Below, in pieces: positions 1-21,000 of a stretch of 64,000 nucleotides of DNA; the stretch's first letter is position 1; each line of letters starts with the position of its first letter. The translations under genes and the position numbers were made by a program. Origin of the DNA: Lama guanicoe. Its lineage: Eukaryota. The stretch covers positions 12,247,413 through 12,311,412 of the forward strand of contig MU053934.1 in assembly GCA_013239625.1 (NCBI GenBank). The letters run 5' to 3'. The notes under the pieces were generated by a model. The model saw only the letters and a program-made list of their open reading frames with translations, ran no database searches and was not told where the DNA came from.

Positions 1-389
1 CACCTGCGAGGCCGAGAGCTTCTGCTTGTCCTCGCACGGGCTGTCGGGGTCCTGCACACGGCGGAGGAGGGTCTCCCCGCAGGCGAGCAGGGTCCACGTG
101 GAAGGATGCGGGAGGAGACGACACCCTGGAGCCAAATGGAGTCCTTTGTTTCAGTGTCATCGTCACAAAACTTAGGTTTTTTTAAAGGGGTAGAAAGAAA
201 TCTTCTTAGCAGTTTTTGTTACATGTTCTTCATTTTCGTTATGTCTTAAAAGGTAGGACCTGCGACTTGGGCAGAGGGCTGTTGAGTAAATCAAACAAGC
301 AGGATGTTCGTGATTGTTTAGATTTACACTTTAAGCCTGTGTGGACACAGCTTGCTTTTGAAGCCATTTTTCTGCACGATCATTCCTAG

Positions 390-9359
<8,970 letters not shown>

Positions 9360-9873
9360 GCCCTTCCGTCTCCCTAAAGGGTGAACGCTGGTCCTGCTCC
9401 CCAGGCCCACCCTCGGCCTTGCAGGGCGGAGCAGGGTCTGGCCTCATGGGCTGCGGCGGCCACTCTCCATCCAGATGACATCTGGGGTCAGCGTCTCCCC
9501 TGCCCACACAGCTTCACAAATAACTCTGGTGCCCCTCGGACCACGTTGGGGAGGGGGGCCAGCCCCAGCCCCACTGCGGTGCTCGCCATGGGGAGCCCTA
9601 TTCACCAGCCCCTGGCCTTCCTGTGTCTGCAGCCGTGTGAGGCCCCCCTCCAACCAGAGCCAGTCCCTGAGGGGCCGGACAGGACTGCCCGTAAAGGAGG
9701 GCCAGGGCCTGTGCCCCTCCCCCCAGGGACCGCCATCTGTGCTGCAGCCCCTGCTGCGCGCCTTATCCCACAGCCTTGGCCACGAGGAGGCCCCAAGCCT
9801 GCCGCCTGCTCATGCTGCTGTCAGCCCTGCGTGCCAGCCGGCGCCTGCCCCTGGGCAGCTACTCCATCACTGA

Positions 9874-9879
9874 AATAAA
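9874..9879 (+). terminator. MOV10L1 polyadenylation signal AATAAA
   Basis: AATAAA about 500 nt after the last conserved coding exon, followed by GT-rich sequence (ctcactgtgtgg). Confidence 0.75.
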
Positions 9880-12800
9880 CCCTCGAGTGGCTCACTGTGT
9901 GGCCTCCACCTCAGACGCGTCCGTGCCAGAGGCTGATTATGGTTCCCCGTGACCTCTGGTCCCTGCTGGCACTGGAGCCAGCCTTCCGTTAACGTGCTAG
10001 CCACGCGAAGCCTGGGGCCCTGGAGGCTGCCCAGGGAGGGGTCAGCACCCTGCCCACCTGGCCCGGTGTCCCGCACAGGTGGAGGGCGCGGCGGGAGGGA
10101 CAAGGCAGAGGGTGTCACATGGGGTCCTGAGGCCCCTTCAGGACCCCACGGCCTGTCCCTTTGTTGGTAGCCATAACACTGGAAATGCCATCTGCTGGCC
10201 CACAGGTGGGAAGCTGAGGCCCCGGTGGCCCAGCCCGGCCACACTGGCTCCCACGTAGGGTGAGGGTTGCTGCTCTCCCACCTGCAGGCCCGCCACAAAT
10301 GGCTGTTGTCGGTCAGTTAGCCAGGGAGGGGCTGGACCCGGAAACAGAGCTGGTGGCTGGTCTGAACGTGTGGAGACTCTGGTCTTGGTGCTTCGGGAAA
10401 TGCTCGCCCTTGGCCGCAAGCGTGGCAGTCCCAGGATGGTGGCCAGGTTGCCCTGAGCAGCCTCTTGCCCCCGGCGGAGTCTCTGGAAGTCAGGGTGCCA
10501 CCCTCCCCCTCAGTCTGAACCCCACGGCCCGCTCCGTGCATGGCCCCCCTGGTCTCCCCGTGGCTGTGGCCCAGCCCAGCCCCCTCCACCGTCCCATGCC
10601 TCCCTCCCTGAGCAGTCTCGGGGAGCAGACCTCTGATATCAACTGGTGACCAGTGGAGCCCCGAAGAGCCCTAGGGGAGGGAACCAGTGCTGGCTGAGCA
10701 CATGGCCAGGTCCCCCTCCACCCTCGGTGGTTTGTGACAGGATTTGTCTCAACTTCCACCAGCCCTGAGACTGCATGTCCAGTGCTGGGGGTCACAGGGC
10801 TCTGCCCGCACGTCCCTCAAGACTATGACCGCACCGCAGCCCTGTACGCAGCTTGTTGGCCTGGCTCTGGCCTTGGTGACTGGATGTCCCAGCGCCCGGG
10901 AGAGGTGGCAGGTGTGGGGCACACCTTGGGGAGGTAGGCAGTGCCACATACCAGGGAGGAACAGCCGGGTCCTGTGGGCAGTGGGTGCTGAGCTGGCACC
11001 CAGGCCAGAGGACACCGAAGCAGTGACCCAAAGGTGTGTCCAGGGTGACAAGAGGCCCGGCAGCGGGGTTCTGTGCAGAACTTGGGCTGTCCCCTGCACT
11101 GGGGCAGGAGGGTGCCATGCATCTGGGCAGGGCACAGAACAGGCAGGGGCCGCTGTGTGACCTTTGGAGGAGGGGAGAGAGAGGCCAGTGACCAAGCCAA
11201 GTGCTGCTGACCATGGGCCAGAGTGCATGGGGCTTGCCCTCAGAGGTCAGAGTCTGTGGAGTCCAAGCCACCCAGACCAGCATGGACACCTGGGGAGCAG
11301 AGGGAAGAGGCTCCTGCAGGCAGCTGAGGCCCCACTTGGGTTGGTTCACTTTTGTGTTTGGAGATCCCCCAAAGGAACTTGAGAACTTTATCCCATCACT
11401 TGTTTTTAAGTTTCCAAAATTTTTCTCAATTTTTTAAAGCTGTGCATCCCCAACATGTTCTAAATGCTGCATCGTAAAGCACAGCAGTATGGCAGCCTTT
11501 TTGGTGTGTCTGGGGCAACCAGAATGCCGTTGTGACTGGCACTCACCCTCGTCCACTTAAAAAGGACTTAAAAGGCAAGCTGTCCCCTCATGGCTGGGCG
11601 CTGTGCGGACTCTTCCTGCCTGCAGAGCCTCGCCCACAGGGCTGCCCCTGGTGTAGAACACACTGGGTTGAAGTTTGAGGGCAGCACAGTGTGTTCCCCT
11701 CCAGGGCACATGGCCCTGCCGGGCGAGAGACGCGCCCGCAGGAGTGACAAAGGGGACAAGCAGACCAGCTTGCCGGCTCCAGGTCCTCCACCAGATGCCT
11801 GGCCACCCGGGGGTGGTGGCTGCCCGTCCCCAGAGAGGACTGACTGGAACAGAGCTCCCAGCCCACCTGCCATCCAGGTGTGGGATGAAATGATCCTGTG
11901 CTGTTTCATGCCATTGAGAAGCGGGGCTGCAGGTCCTGCAGCGCCACCTGGCCTGGCCTGTCGCCACCTCAGCTGCTTCTCCCAGAGGAGCACACACAGC
12001 ACCTCCAGGGGGTCCTTGGCCTTAATCTGAGGGGCCCTGAACCTGGTAACAAGAACTTGGTCTGGGTGGTTCTTACCGAGTCGTTAAGTACGTACTTAAT
12101 CAGTGATGCACAGATTTGCAAATTTTCATGGAGAACTAAACATGGAAGTAAAATTGAAAATGCATCAGTTAATGAGCTGTCCGTCTTGGTGGGAGAATAT
12201 CACTTAGGGCTGAAATGGGATAGGACTCAACATGACGTGGTTTTTTTTTTTCTATTTTTCACTTTCATTGATATGAGAGCTGATAAAACTTCACGTAAGT
12301 AGAGACGAGAATAAAAGCTTTGCTATAGCAGAGTCACTCAACCTTTTGCAATCCATGTGTCAAAAGGCACGTGTGAGTGTGTTGCCGCGGGAGAGGACAA
12401 GCTGCTCTCCCAATGCTGTCCTTCCCCGGAGGCGGATTTGGGAGTGTATCCCTCCAGACTGTGGCGTGGCCCCCGCGCTCCACCCCTGCCCCAGCACTCT
12501 CTGGGTGAGGGCGAGGGCGAGGGAAGGGGCTGGGGTCCAGGGTGGCACCGAGGACGTCGGCTCCAGCCCTCCCCATCCAGGCCCCTCTGGGTCGAGGACA
12601 GCGTCGAGGGGGCTGCTGCAGTGTGGGTGCAGGGGTGGCCTTCGATGAGAGGGCAGCTGCTGGCGGCTTCCCGGAGCGTGCTGGACCACATGCGCACACT
12701 CCACCAGCATTCATCGTGCACCCACAGTGCTCCAGTGGCCATGCTGCCATGCCACATCACACTCCAACTCTGAGATCACATCAAGACCAGCAGTGTTCCT

Positions 12801-13899
12801 CTGTACCAGACTGACCAACTGAAAAACAGAAAGCAGGGTTCCGCTTACAGAGGAGCATCAACCATGACGTGAGCAGGAAATGACAGCAAAGCGGTGCCAC
12901 CAGGCTTCATGGAGAAGTCACTGCGATTCCACGGCAGGAGACAAAGGGGTGCATGAGTGCAGGATATGCTGCGTTCAAGGAGGGGTGACTCAACACAGCA
13001 TGGACCCTGTTTTCCCCAGTCCTCCAAGATGTCCACGGACAAGTGCAGGCCATGAACTCTTAAGTCATTATTGAAAAGGATGGTGGGGGACCCTGAAAAG
13101 CCATAGGAAGGAAGGCGTGCTGCGGTGGGGGAAAGGGCAGACCCGTGACTCGAGGTGCCTGGGGGGCTAGCTGGGTTGTCTGGAGGTGTCTTGGTGGGTA
13201 TCTGGGTTTTCGAGGGTGGGGGTCGGGGTTATTTGAGGTGGGAAACTGGAGGCAGCCCAGCTCCCTCAGCAAGTAGGAGACAAGTCAAATGGACTGGAAG
13301 CTAGGGATGGGCAGCATTCAGAAACATGCATGAACCTTTTAAAGAAACTTTTTTTTTTAAAGTCTGAAGCTCAGGCTTGGTATAGGACATCCTCCTTTCT
13401 GAGCGCCCCCGCCCCCACACACACACACAGAGAGGGGGAATTAGCTCACAACTGCCACCAGAGGTTCTGCAGATACGGATGCTCGATGCTCGAGACAGAC
13501 TTGTTGGATGAATTACTGAATTAAGTTGAAACTCCAACTATGCTAAATATTCCACAAAGACGGCACGTGTATGTTCTGCTACAGGGGGACAGGGACCTGC
13601 CGGGAAAATAAAAAGTGGAAAACCGCAGCGAGTCTTGCAGGCAATTGGCATGAAGGTGGCAGCTGTGCTCTTCGCTTGAGACCAAGCCCAGTCCTGCGCC
13701 GTCGTGCCTGGGGGAGGGGGTGACAGCTGGGACCGTTGGGCACTGGGGGTCGGAATGCAGGAGGTAAAGGTCAGGAAGGTGGCAGGGAGCCAGGCCAGAA
13801 GCACGGGACCCCAGAGATTGCCCCCGGAGCTGGCACGGGCCTCCGGAGAAGGCTGTTGACCGAGGCAAAGCAATGGGGTGATGGGGAGGAGGTGCAGGG

Positions 13900-15080
13900 C
13901 TGGAGAGGAAGAGGGCCGCGTGGAGGTGATGCGGGGGCCCCGGCGGTGGGTCAGGGGGCTAGACGCCAGGGCCCCATGGCCGCCCTGGAGGGGCGCTGAG
14001 GAGACGCCCCGCAGTGTCCGCCTGCCCGCTGCCCCAGGGAGGGGTGCCAGTCCGCGACACCGGGCGGGCGGGGGCCTCGGCGCCCACAGTGGCGGCCAGG
14101 CTTTGGTAGGGAGCAGAGAGCGACTGCGGGAAGCGGGCGAGGAAACCCCTCTCCCGGGGCGGCTCTGGGACCACGCGCCTGGAAGAGGGGGGCCCGGGAC
14201 GCCGCAGGTCCTAGGCGGTCTCCACCGCGTGCGGCCGCCCCCGCGCCCAGGGCGAGGGTAGCCCCCGGCTCAGCCACCCCCGCCTCCCCACCCTGAGGAC
14301 GTGGAGGGACCAGTCATTGTTCATTCATTTTATTTAATTTAAATATTTTTTGCAAAGTCATCGTCGGCGCCGCATCTGCGTGCGGGGAGGGGGGGGCGGA
14401 GCCACGGCGCGAGTTGCCGCAGGTAAACAGCCCCCTCCCCGCGGCGGGACAGCAGCCGCCGCCCGCCGCTCGGGGCGGGGGTCCCGCCGCCGCCCCCGCC
14501 GGAAGGACACGCCTGGGCCGCGCCGGGGCTGCAGCCGAGGCGGGGGCGGCGGCCCCAAGCGCCCCCCAAACGCCCCCGGGCGGCCCGACCCCTGCCCGCG
14601 GGGCGGCGGCGGAGCGCCCCCCCACCGCCGCCGCGGGCCCCGCGCCCCCCGCGCCCCCCATGCACCACCTCCTGGAGCAGTCCGCGGACATGGCGACGGC
14701 GCTGCTGGCCGGCGAGAAGCTGCGCGAGCTGATCCTGCCGGGCGCGCAGGACGACAAGGCGGGCGCGCTGGCCGCGCTGCTGTTGCAGCTCAAGCTGGAG
14801 CTGCCGTTCGACCGCGTGGTCACCATCGGCACCGTGCTCGTCCCCATCCTGCTGGTCACCCTGGTCTTCACCAAGAACTTCGCAGGTGAGGCCGGGGGCA
14901 CGGCGGGAGGGGCGCGTGCTCTCTCCAACACCCTCGCAGCTGCAGCCGGCCGCGGGCCACCCCGCTGGAGCCTGCGAGTGAGGGCGGTGCCCGGGTCTCC
15001 CCGCAGACCCTCCGCACTCCACCTGCCCCCACCCCGTCCCTGCATGGGTCGCCGCGGCTGCCTCCCAGACGCCTCTCCTC
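13900..15080. promoter_or_regulatory. CpG island / PANX2 promoter and exon 1
   Basis: Very high GC and CpG density with multiple GC boxes surrounding the PANX2 start codon. Confidence 0.85.
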
Positions 15081-18000
15081 CGATTTACTGATTTCACCTT
15101 CCATTCGCTCACCGTGAGCAGGGGGCTGGGGGGACTGCCTTGGACCTGGTGGTCCCAGGAGAAAATGAGACTTTGGCTAGGGAAGAAGAGGGGACCAGGA
15201 GGGGGAGTGAGCAGGGTCTGAGGGAAGGAGTGGCCAGTGGGGACCAGGAGAGGACGTTACAGAGGATGAGGACACCCATGCTGCTGGGCCACGTCCTGGG
15301 GCTGGACATGGGGTGAAGACCCCTGAGAAAGAAGTGGTCAGATTCTGGTCGGCTACTGGGGTTGCCAGGGAGCCTGGGAACGTGGTGGGCAGATGCCTGT
15401 GAGGCCAGGCAGGGCCTGGAGGAGCATCAGGCAGTGGTGGGCTGAGCAGGAGGCCCGGAGCCTGTGAGGGCTTATGCAGGTAGAAGAGGGAACTGGACAA
15501 GGGCAGTGACCAGAACAGAGTGGACGTTATGCGACATGGAAGCCTTACGTCAACATACACGGTCCTGATTAGATTTTGTGCATCGTGGGGGCACCTGGAG
15601 GGCCTCCTAACGAGGAGTGACCCCAGGTGAGGCAGGAAGGTGGACAGAAGGTGGTGAGCCAGCCAGTGATTCCTGGGGACATGGAGGAAAGGGAGGGCAC
15701 TCCCGGGTGCCACCGCACTCCCCACGGGTCGGGGCGTGGGGACAGGAAACCCCCCCACCCAAGGGGTCTCAGAGCCCAGGTGTCTAGGGAGGTCCCTCCA
15801 CAGCCGTGCTTGAGGCCAGGGGCGCCAGCCAGGGGCAGAGAGAGCCCCTCAAGGAGGGAGAGGTGCGGACAGATGGACAATCGAGCAGACGTTCTCGCAT
15901 CCTGCACTGAGTCTTTCACAAAGGACTCACATTTTAGGGTCCCTATGACCTGGGGGTGCCAGACCTGGGGTGGACAGGCTCCTTGTCCCTTTGCTGGGGC
16001 CAGGACACGCCGGGTAGCACACTCCACGGGGGCCCGGGTGTAAGTCCAGGTGTGCACAGATGTCGCCGTTTCCTGGGGCGAGGAAATCTTGTTCCAGGTC
16101 ACAGAGCAAAGAGGGGGAGCAGCAGCTTCACGAGTCCTTAACTTGCTGATGTCCTGCAACTGCACTCACTCCTGATTCCCGCAGTTTGTGGGAGTGCCTC
16201 TTGCTCTCCTGAAGCCGAGTCCCTCTACCTGGCGCTCCTTAGCCTCAAATGCCTCTCACAGAACTCGGAAGTCCCAGGGTCTCCTCTCCAGACACGAGGG
16301 CAGTGGGGGACTTGCAGATGGGAGCCACATGTCCACAGGGTGGACTTCCGGGGTGGCCCAGCCTACAGGTGGGGATCCCTAAGAGGTGGCAGAGCTGCAA
16401 GGGGGCAGCAAGGTCAGAAGCTCTGCCCCTCAAGGGGCACGGGAGGGCCTCAACCTGCCTCCCCTCCAACAGGGGCACACCGGCCCTGGCCCCTAGGCCC
16501 GGTGTCAGCAGCTGCCTTCGAGGGTCAGAGCCCAAGAATGGGGTCCCGCGTGTGTTCTGCCCCTGCCGGAAGGGTCCATGCCCATCCCCTGGGAGCCCAG
16601 CTTGGATGGAGGGGTCCCAGCACTCACCCCCAGTGCGCAGGACAAAGTCCACCCCTTCTGCCCGTTGGAGACCTGGGCTCGCAGCAGCTGGCCGGCCAGG
16701 TTGTGGTGAGGGGCCAGCCAGGTGGCACTGGCGTTCTAGCCTGGGTCCTCCCTGAACACCAGGGCCTGGGCATGGCCCCAGGCTGGATGGTGGCCAATGG
16801 CGGGAAGACCCTGGTGGCTCCTGGCCAGTAACAGGGGACAGAGGAGAGCTGAAGGATGACCGGGTTCTGTGGACAGTGTGTGGGCCCTGGGCCGAGAGGA
16901 CCAACAGTTGCTTTTTCCTAAGATGGCCGAATACAGGCAGACCTCGTTTTACCGCGCTTCAGGCCCTGCGTTTCTCACAAATGGGAGGTCTGTGACCGCC
17001 CGGCATTGAACAAGTCTACTGGTGCCATCTTTCCAACAGCGTTTGCTCAGTTCTCACAATATTCTCACAATATTTCAAACTTTTTCATTATTACTGCACT
17101 TGTTACAGTGAGCTGTGATCAGTGATCTCTGACCTGACTATTGCAAAAAGATTACTACTTGCTGAAGGCTCAGAGAATGGTTGGTATCTTTTAGCAATAA
17201 AATATCTTTTAATCAAATTATGTATTGGTTTTTAAGGCTTGCACACAGTATGTAGACGTGGTCTAGTGTAAGAGTAATTTCTGTTTGCACTGGGAAACCG
17301 AAAGTTTGTGTGACTCGCTTTATTGTGCTACTTGCTTCTTTGTGGCGGTCTGGACCGGCCCTGCAGTGTCTCGGAGGCCTGCCTGCAGTGGGTGCCCTAC
17401 GGTCATGAAGGGTCCCCGAGGTGTGCTCACCCCAGCTCGGGAGAGGCAGCGAGCACTTTGCCCGCTGAGGACTGGTGAGCTGCGGGTCCCTGTGCCAGTG
17501 GGTTCCTGGGGACCCAGTCTCCAGGGTGGGTCTTTGAGAAGTGAGCCCCCTCCCCACCTAGCCAGCTCAGGAAGAGCTGAGACGGCCCCCCGACCCTGGG
17601 GCAGCCCAGGACCCCCCCCCTTTGGTGGCCTCTGAGGGTCTCCTCTCCCTTCTAACTCTAACTTCTAACTCGCTCTAACAAATGACCACAAACTTAGTGG
17701 CTCAAAGTAGCAGGAATTTATCATTTACGGCTAAGCAGCTCAGAAGTCTGAAGCGAGTCAAGGTGTGGGTGTAGCTGGCTGTGGAGGCTCCAGTGAGAAG
17801 CCAGCTCCTTGCCTGTCCCAGCTTTGAGAGCTGCCCCTTCCCCAGCCCCTCCTCCACCTCCAGGGCCACTGAACACATCTTCTCTTCTCTCTGTCCCCTG
17901 TTCCATCCTCATGCTCACTCTCATTCTCACCTTCCTGCCTCCCTCTTAGAAGAACCCCTGTGCTCACATCAGGCCCACCCAGATAATCTAGAACCATCAT

Positions 18001-21000
18001 CTACCAGCAAGAACCCTAAGCTAACCCCAGTCTCTGTGGAGAGCTACCTAGTTGCAGGGTTGGGAAGCTGGCCAAAGCAGCCTTGTGGGGTCTGGGAAGG
18101 GTCTGGACCTCGCCCGGGGCGGGGGGCTGGGAGGAGAAGAGGGGGGCCAGGAGCCAACTCTAGGGGTGCCTGAGGCAGGGTTCTGCCAGCCCGAGGAGCA
18201 GCCTCGGCTGAGCAGGGGGCCTAAGAGGCGGCTGCCCCCACCACGTGGAACAGGGGCTGGTGTGGGCAGGATGGCGCAGGCAGCTCCACGTCTGGAAGGG
18301 TCCTCGGGATGTGCGGGTCGGGGAGCCAACTCAGAGGGGGTGGGGCCGCTGCTGTGGAGGGCCGGGCCAGGCCTGATGGGAGTAGCGCAGACTGGTCCTT
18401 CCTGAGGCTGCCCTGGCCCGGCTCTTCCCGCTTTCCCCGCGATGCCGTCGTTGGCCCTGTGCACTCAGTGGTGGGGTTTCCAGGGGCCCCAGGTCTGGAG
18501 CCCCACAGTGCCAGCCTCTCAGGAGAGGTGCCCTCGGCAAGTTGGCCAGGTCTGCATGTCCCCATCAGACATCTGTGCTGTCACCACTGTGTTGGAGCAC
18601 CCTGCACTGGGGTCCCCTTGGCTCAGCGGTTGGCCCCACCCAGAGCCAGGCCCAGCGCGCAGGCCCCTGAAGCGTGAGCCGGGACACGCAGCCACAGCTT
18701 CTCCTGCCGTGTGCACCCTGAGCGCCTGCAGGCAGGACGGGTGCCGGCTCTGCCGGGCTGTCGGGGTGCCGTCTGCTTTGCAGGCGTAGGCAGATGGAGG
18801 AAGGACAGAGACCCCAGAGATGTGCCCACGGGGTCCCAGGGCTGGGCCTCTCCTGAGCCAGGGCTCGTCCCTCCTCCCCTGCCAGCAGACACAGAGGCGG
18901 CAGACGTGAGAGGATACGGGGAGCCCGTGGGGGCCCTGCTCCTCTGTGCCTGCAGCATGGGGTACAGGCCCCCCACGCCCCAGAGCTGGGGCCTGCGCTC
19001 GTGGTCCAGTGGTCCTCCAGGGCGGGCATCCCACCGCCCTGTCCTTTTCCCCTAGTGGAGAGCGTCTGCCCTGGGGTCGGCTGTGGGGACAAAAGTAAGT
19101 GAATAAAATGCCATCTTCTCAACCACAAGGGTTCAGTCATGTCCCTCTTCCATGTTTCTCTGAGCCCAGCTCACCACTCGGTCCCAAGTCTGTGTCCTCG
19201 TCAGGGACCTTGAGCTGTGGGTACCGGCTCTTCGTGACCTGCCCATCCGTGGCCAAGCCCCCATCTCTGTGCCCATGGCAGCAGCTTCCTCATAGATCCC
19301 CTTGACCACCCCCAACTGTGTCTGAACCAAGCTACCCTGCCCACCCACTTCTGCCCCTAAGCCCTCCGGGACTCCCCAGTGCCCTCTAGGTGGAGTCCGA
19401 GGGCCAGCTGCCATAGCTGTGGGACCATGCCACCTGGAACGCCCAGGTGTGGGGCTGTTGTGCTGGTGGCAGTGCTGTGGGGTCTGCACGGGTAAGAGGC
19501 CAGGCGACCTCCCAATGCCAGGGCCGCAGGCACTTGTGAGGTCTCTGGCCAGATATGTAGCCAGCCGCCGTCCCTAGCCCCCTCGGCCCCTGCGAGGTAC
19601 AGCAGTGACTGTCTGCCTCTCCCAGCCTCAAAGGCCAGGCTCAGAGTGGAGCAGGCCTTGTGGTGGGGGTGGGGCCTGCACAGACAGGCATGGGAGTCCC
19701 TGCTGCTTCCTCGTGTCAAGTCTTGGATGTGAGAGGCTTAAGCTGGGGCCGAGGGAGACTGAGCAGACCTGGGGGCCTTCTTTGGGATGAGACAGAGTCC
19801 AGGCTAGGGCCACAGCATGTGGGTGGGGCGGGGGGGATGACCTCTTGTCAGTGGGACGGTGTCGTTGGGCTGGGGGCCCAGGGCTCTTGGCTGCCAGGAG
19901 GTCACGTGCCCCCTGTCCATAGTGAGAGGGGCTGGAGTCTGGCCAGACAGCGGCGTGGCCCAGCCTTGAGGGGCCGTGAACATCCTGCACTAAGGATGGC
20001 TGGAGCCTGTGAAGCTCTCCCCCCCGGAAGTGTTCAAACATGAGACCCATCGTGGGGCCCGGTGCCTCACATGTCCTCATCTGGGAGGGAAAGCAGTTCC
20101 GTGATGACCGTCTTTCCTGCAGTTGGAGAGAGCATGCCCCCGGCACTGTCTCAGTGGCAGACACTGCAGTCCCACCGGTAAAGGCTTCCTGTTGGAGCCC
20201 AGGGCCCCCAGGCCTGCCCTTCCTAGGACAGTGCGGGTCCTGGGGAGACTCGCCTCCCCTCTCAAGGTCTGCCAGAGCCACGTTTGTTTTCCTTTGGTTA
20301 TTTTCACCAGAACTGTCTCTGGCCAGGTAGGACCTGTCTAGGACACCTGCACTCCTAAGGATGGAGCCCGGGGCAGTGCCAGGCCAGGGGCTAGTCCAGC
20401 TGTGTTGATGGAGGAGGGACCCTGGATGAGTGGTGTGGCTTGTCCTGTCCGCTTTGGGACTCAGTTTCGCGGTGTGTACCCGGAGACTTTACGGCATTTG
20501 GAGAGGGGCCTGAGGTTCCAAGGGCAGGTTGGTCCCCAGGGCTGGGGTAGGCATGACTGCACCCTCCACCCTCAACCCACCTCTGCCTGTGCCATAGCTG
20601 ATAACGGCATGTACAGGGCGAGAGGGGAGCCAGGGTGAGATCTCTCATGTCTCCTTGGCTGAGACAGTGAAGGAAAGCCACCTGGAGCTGGAGGGTTTGT
20701 TACCCGGACAGCAGACCCTGTGCAGGCTGCTGTGCTGGAGGGGGCTCAGGGCGGGGCAGAAGGGAGGGGCCTGATGCCCCGGCCCCAGCCCCCTCTCCTC
20801 TCTGCCCCTAGAGGAGCCCATTTACTGCTACACACCGCACAACTTCACCCGGGACCAGGCGCTGTACGCCCGCGGCTACTGCTGGACGGAGCTGCGGGAC
20901 GCGCTGCCGGGTGTGGACGCCAGCCTGTGGCCGTCGCTGTTTGAGCACAAGCTGCTGCCCTACTCGCTGCTGGCCTTCGCGGCCATCATGTACGTGCCCG

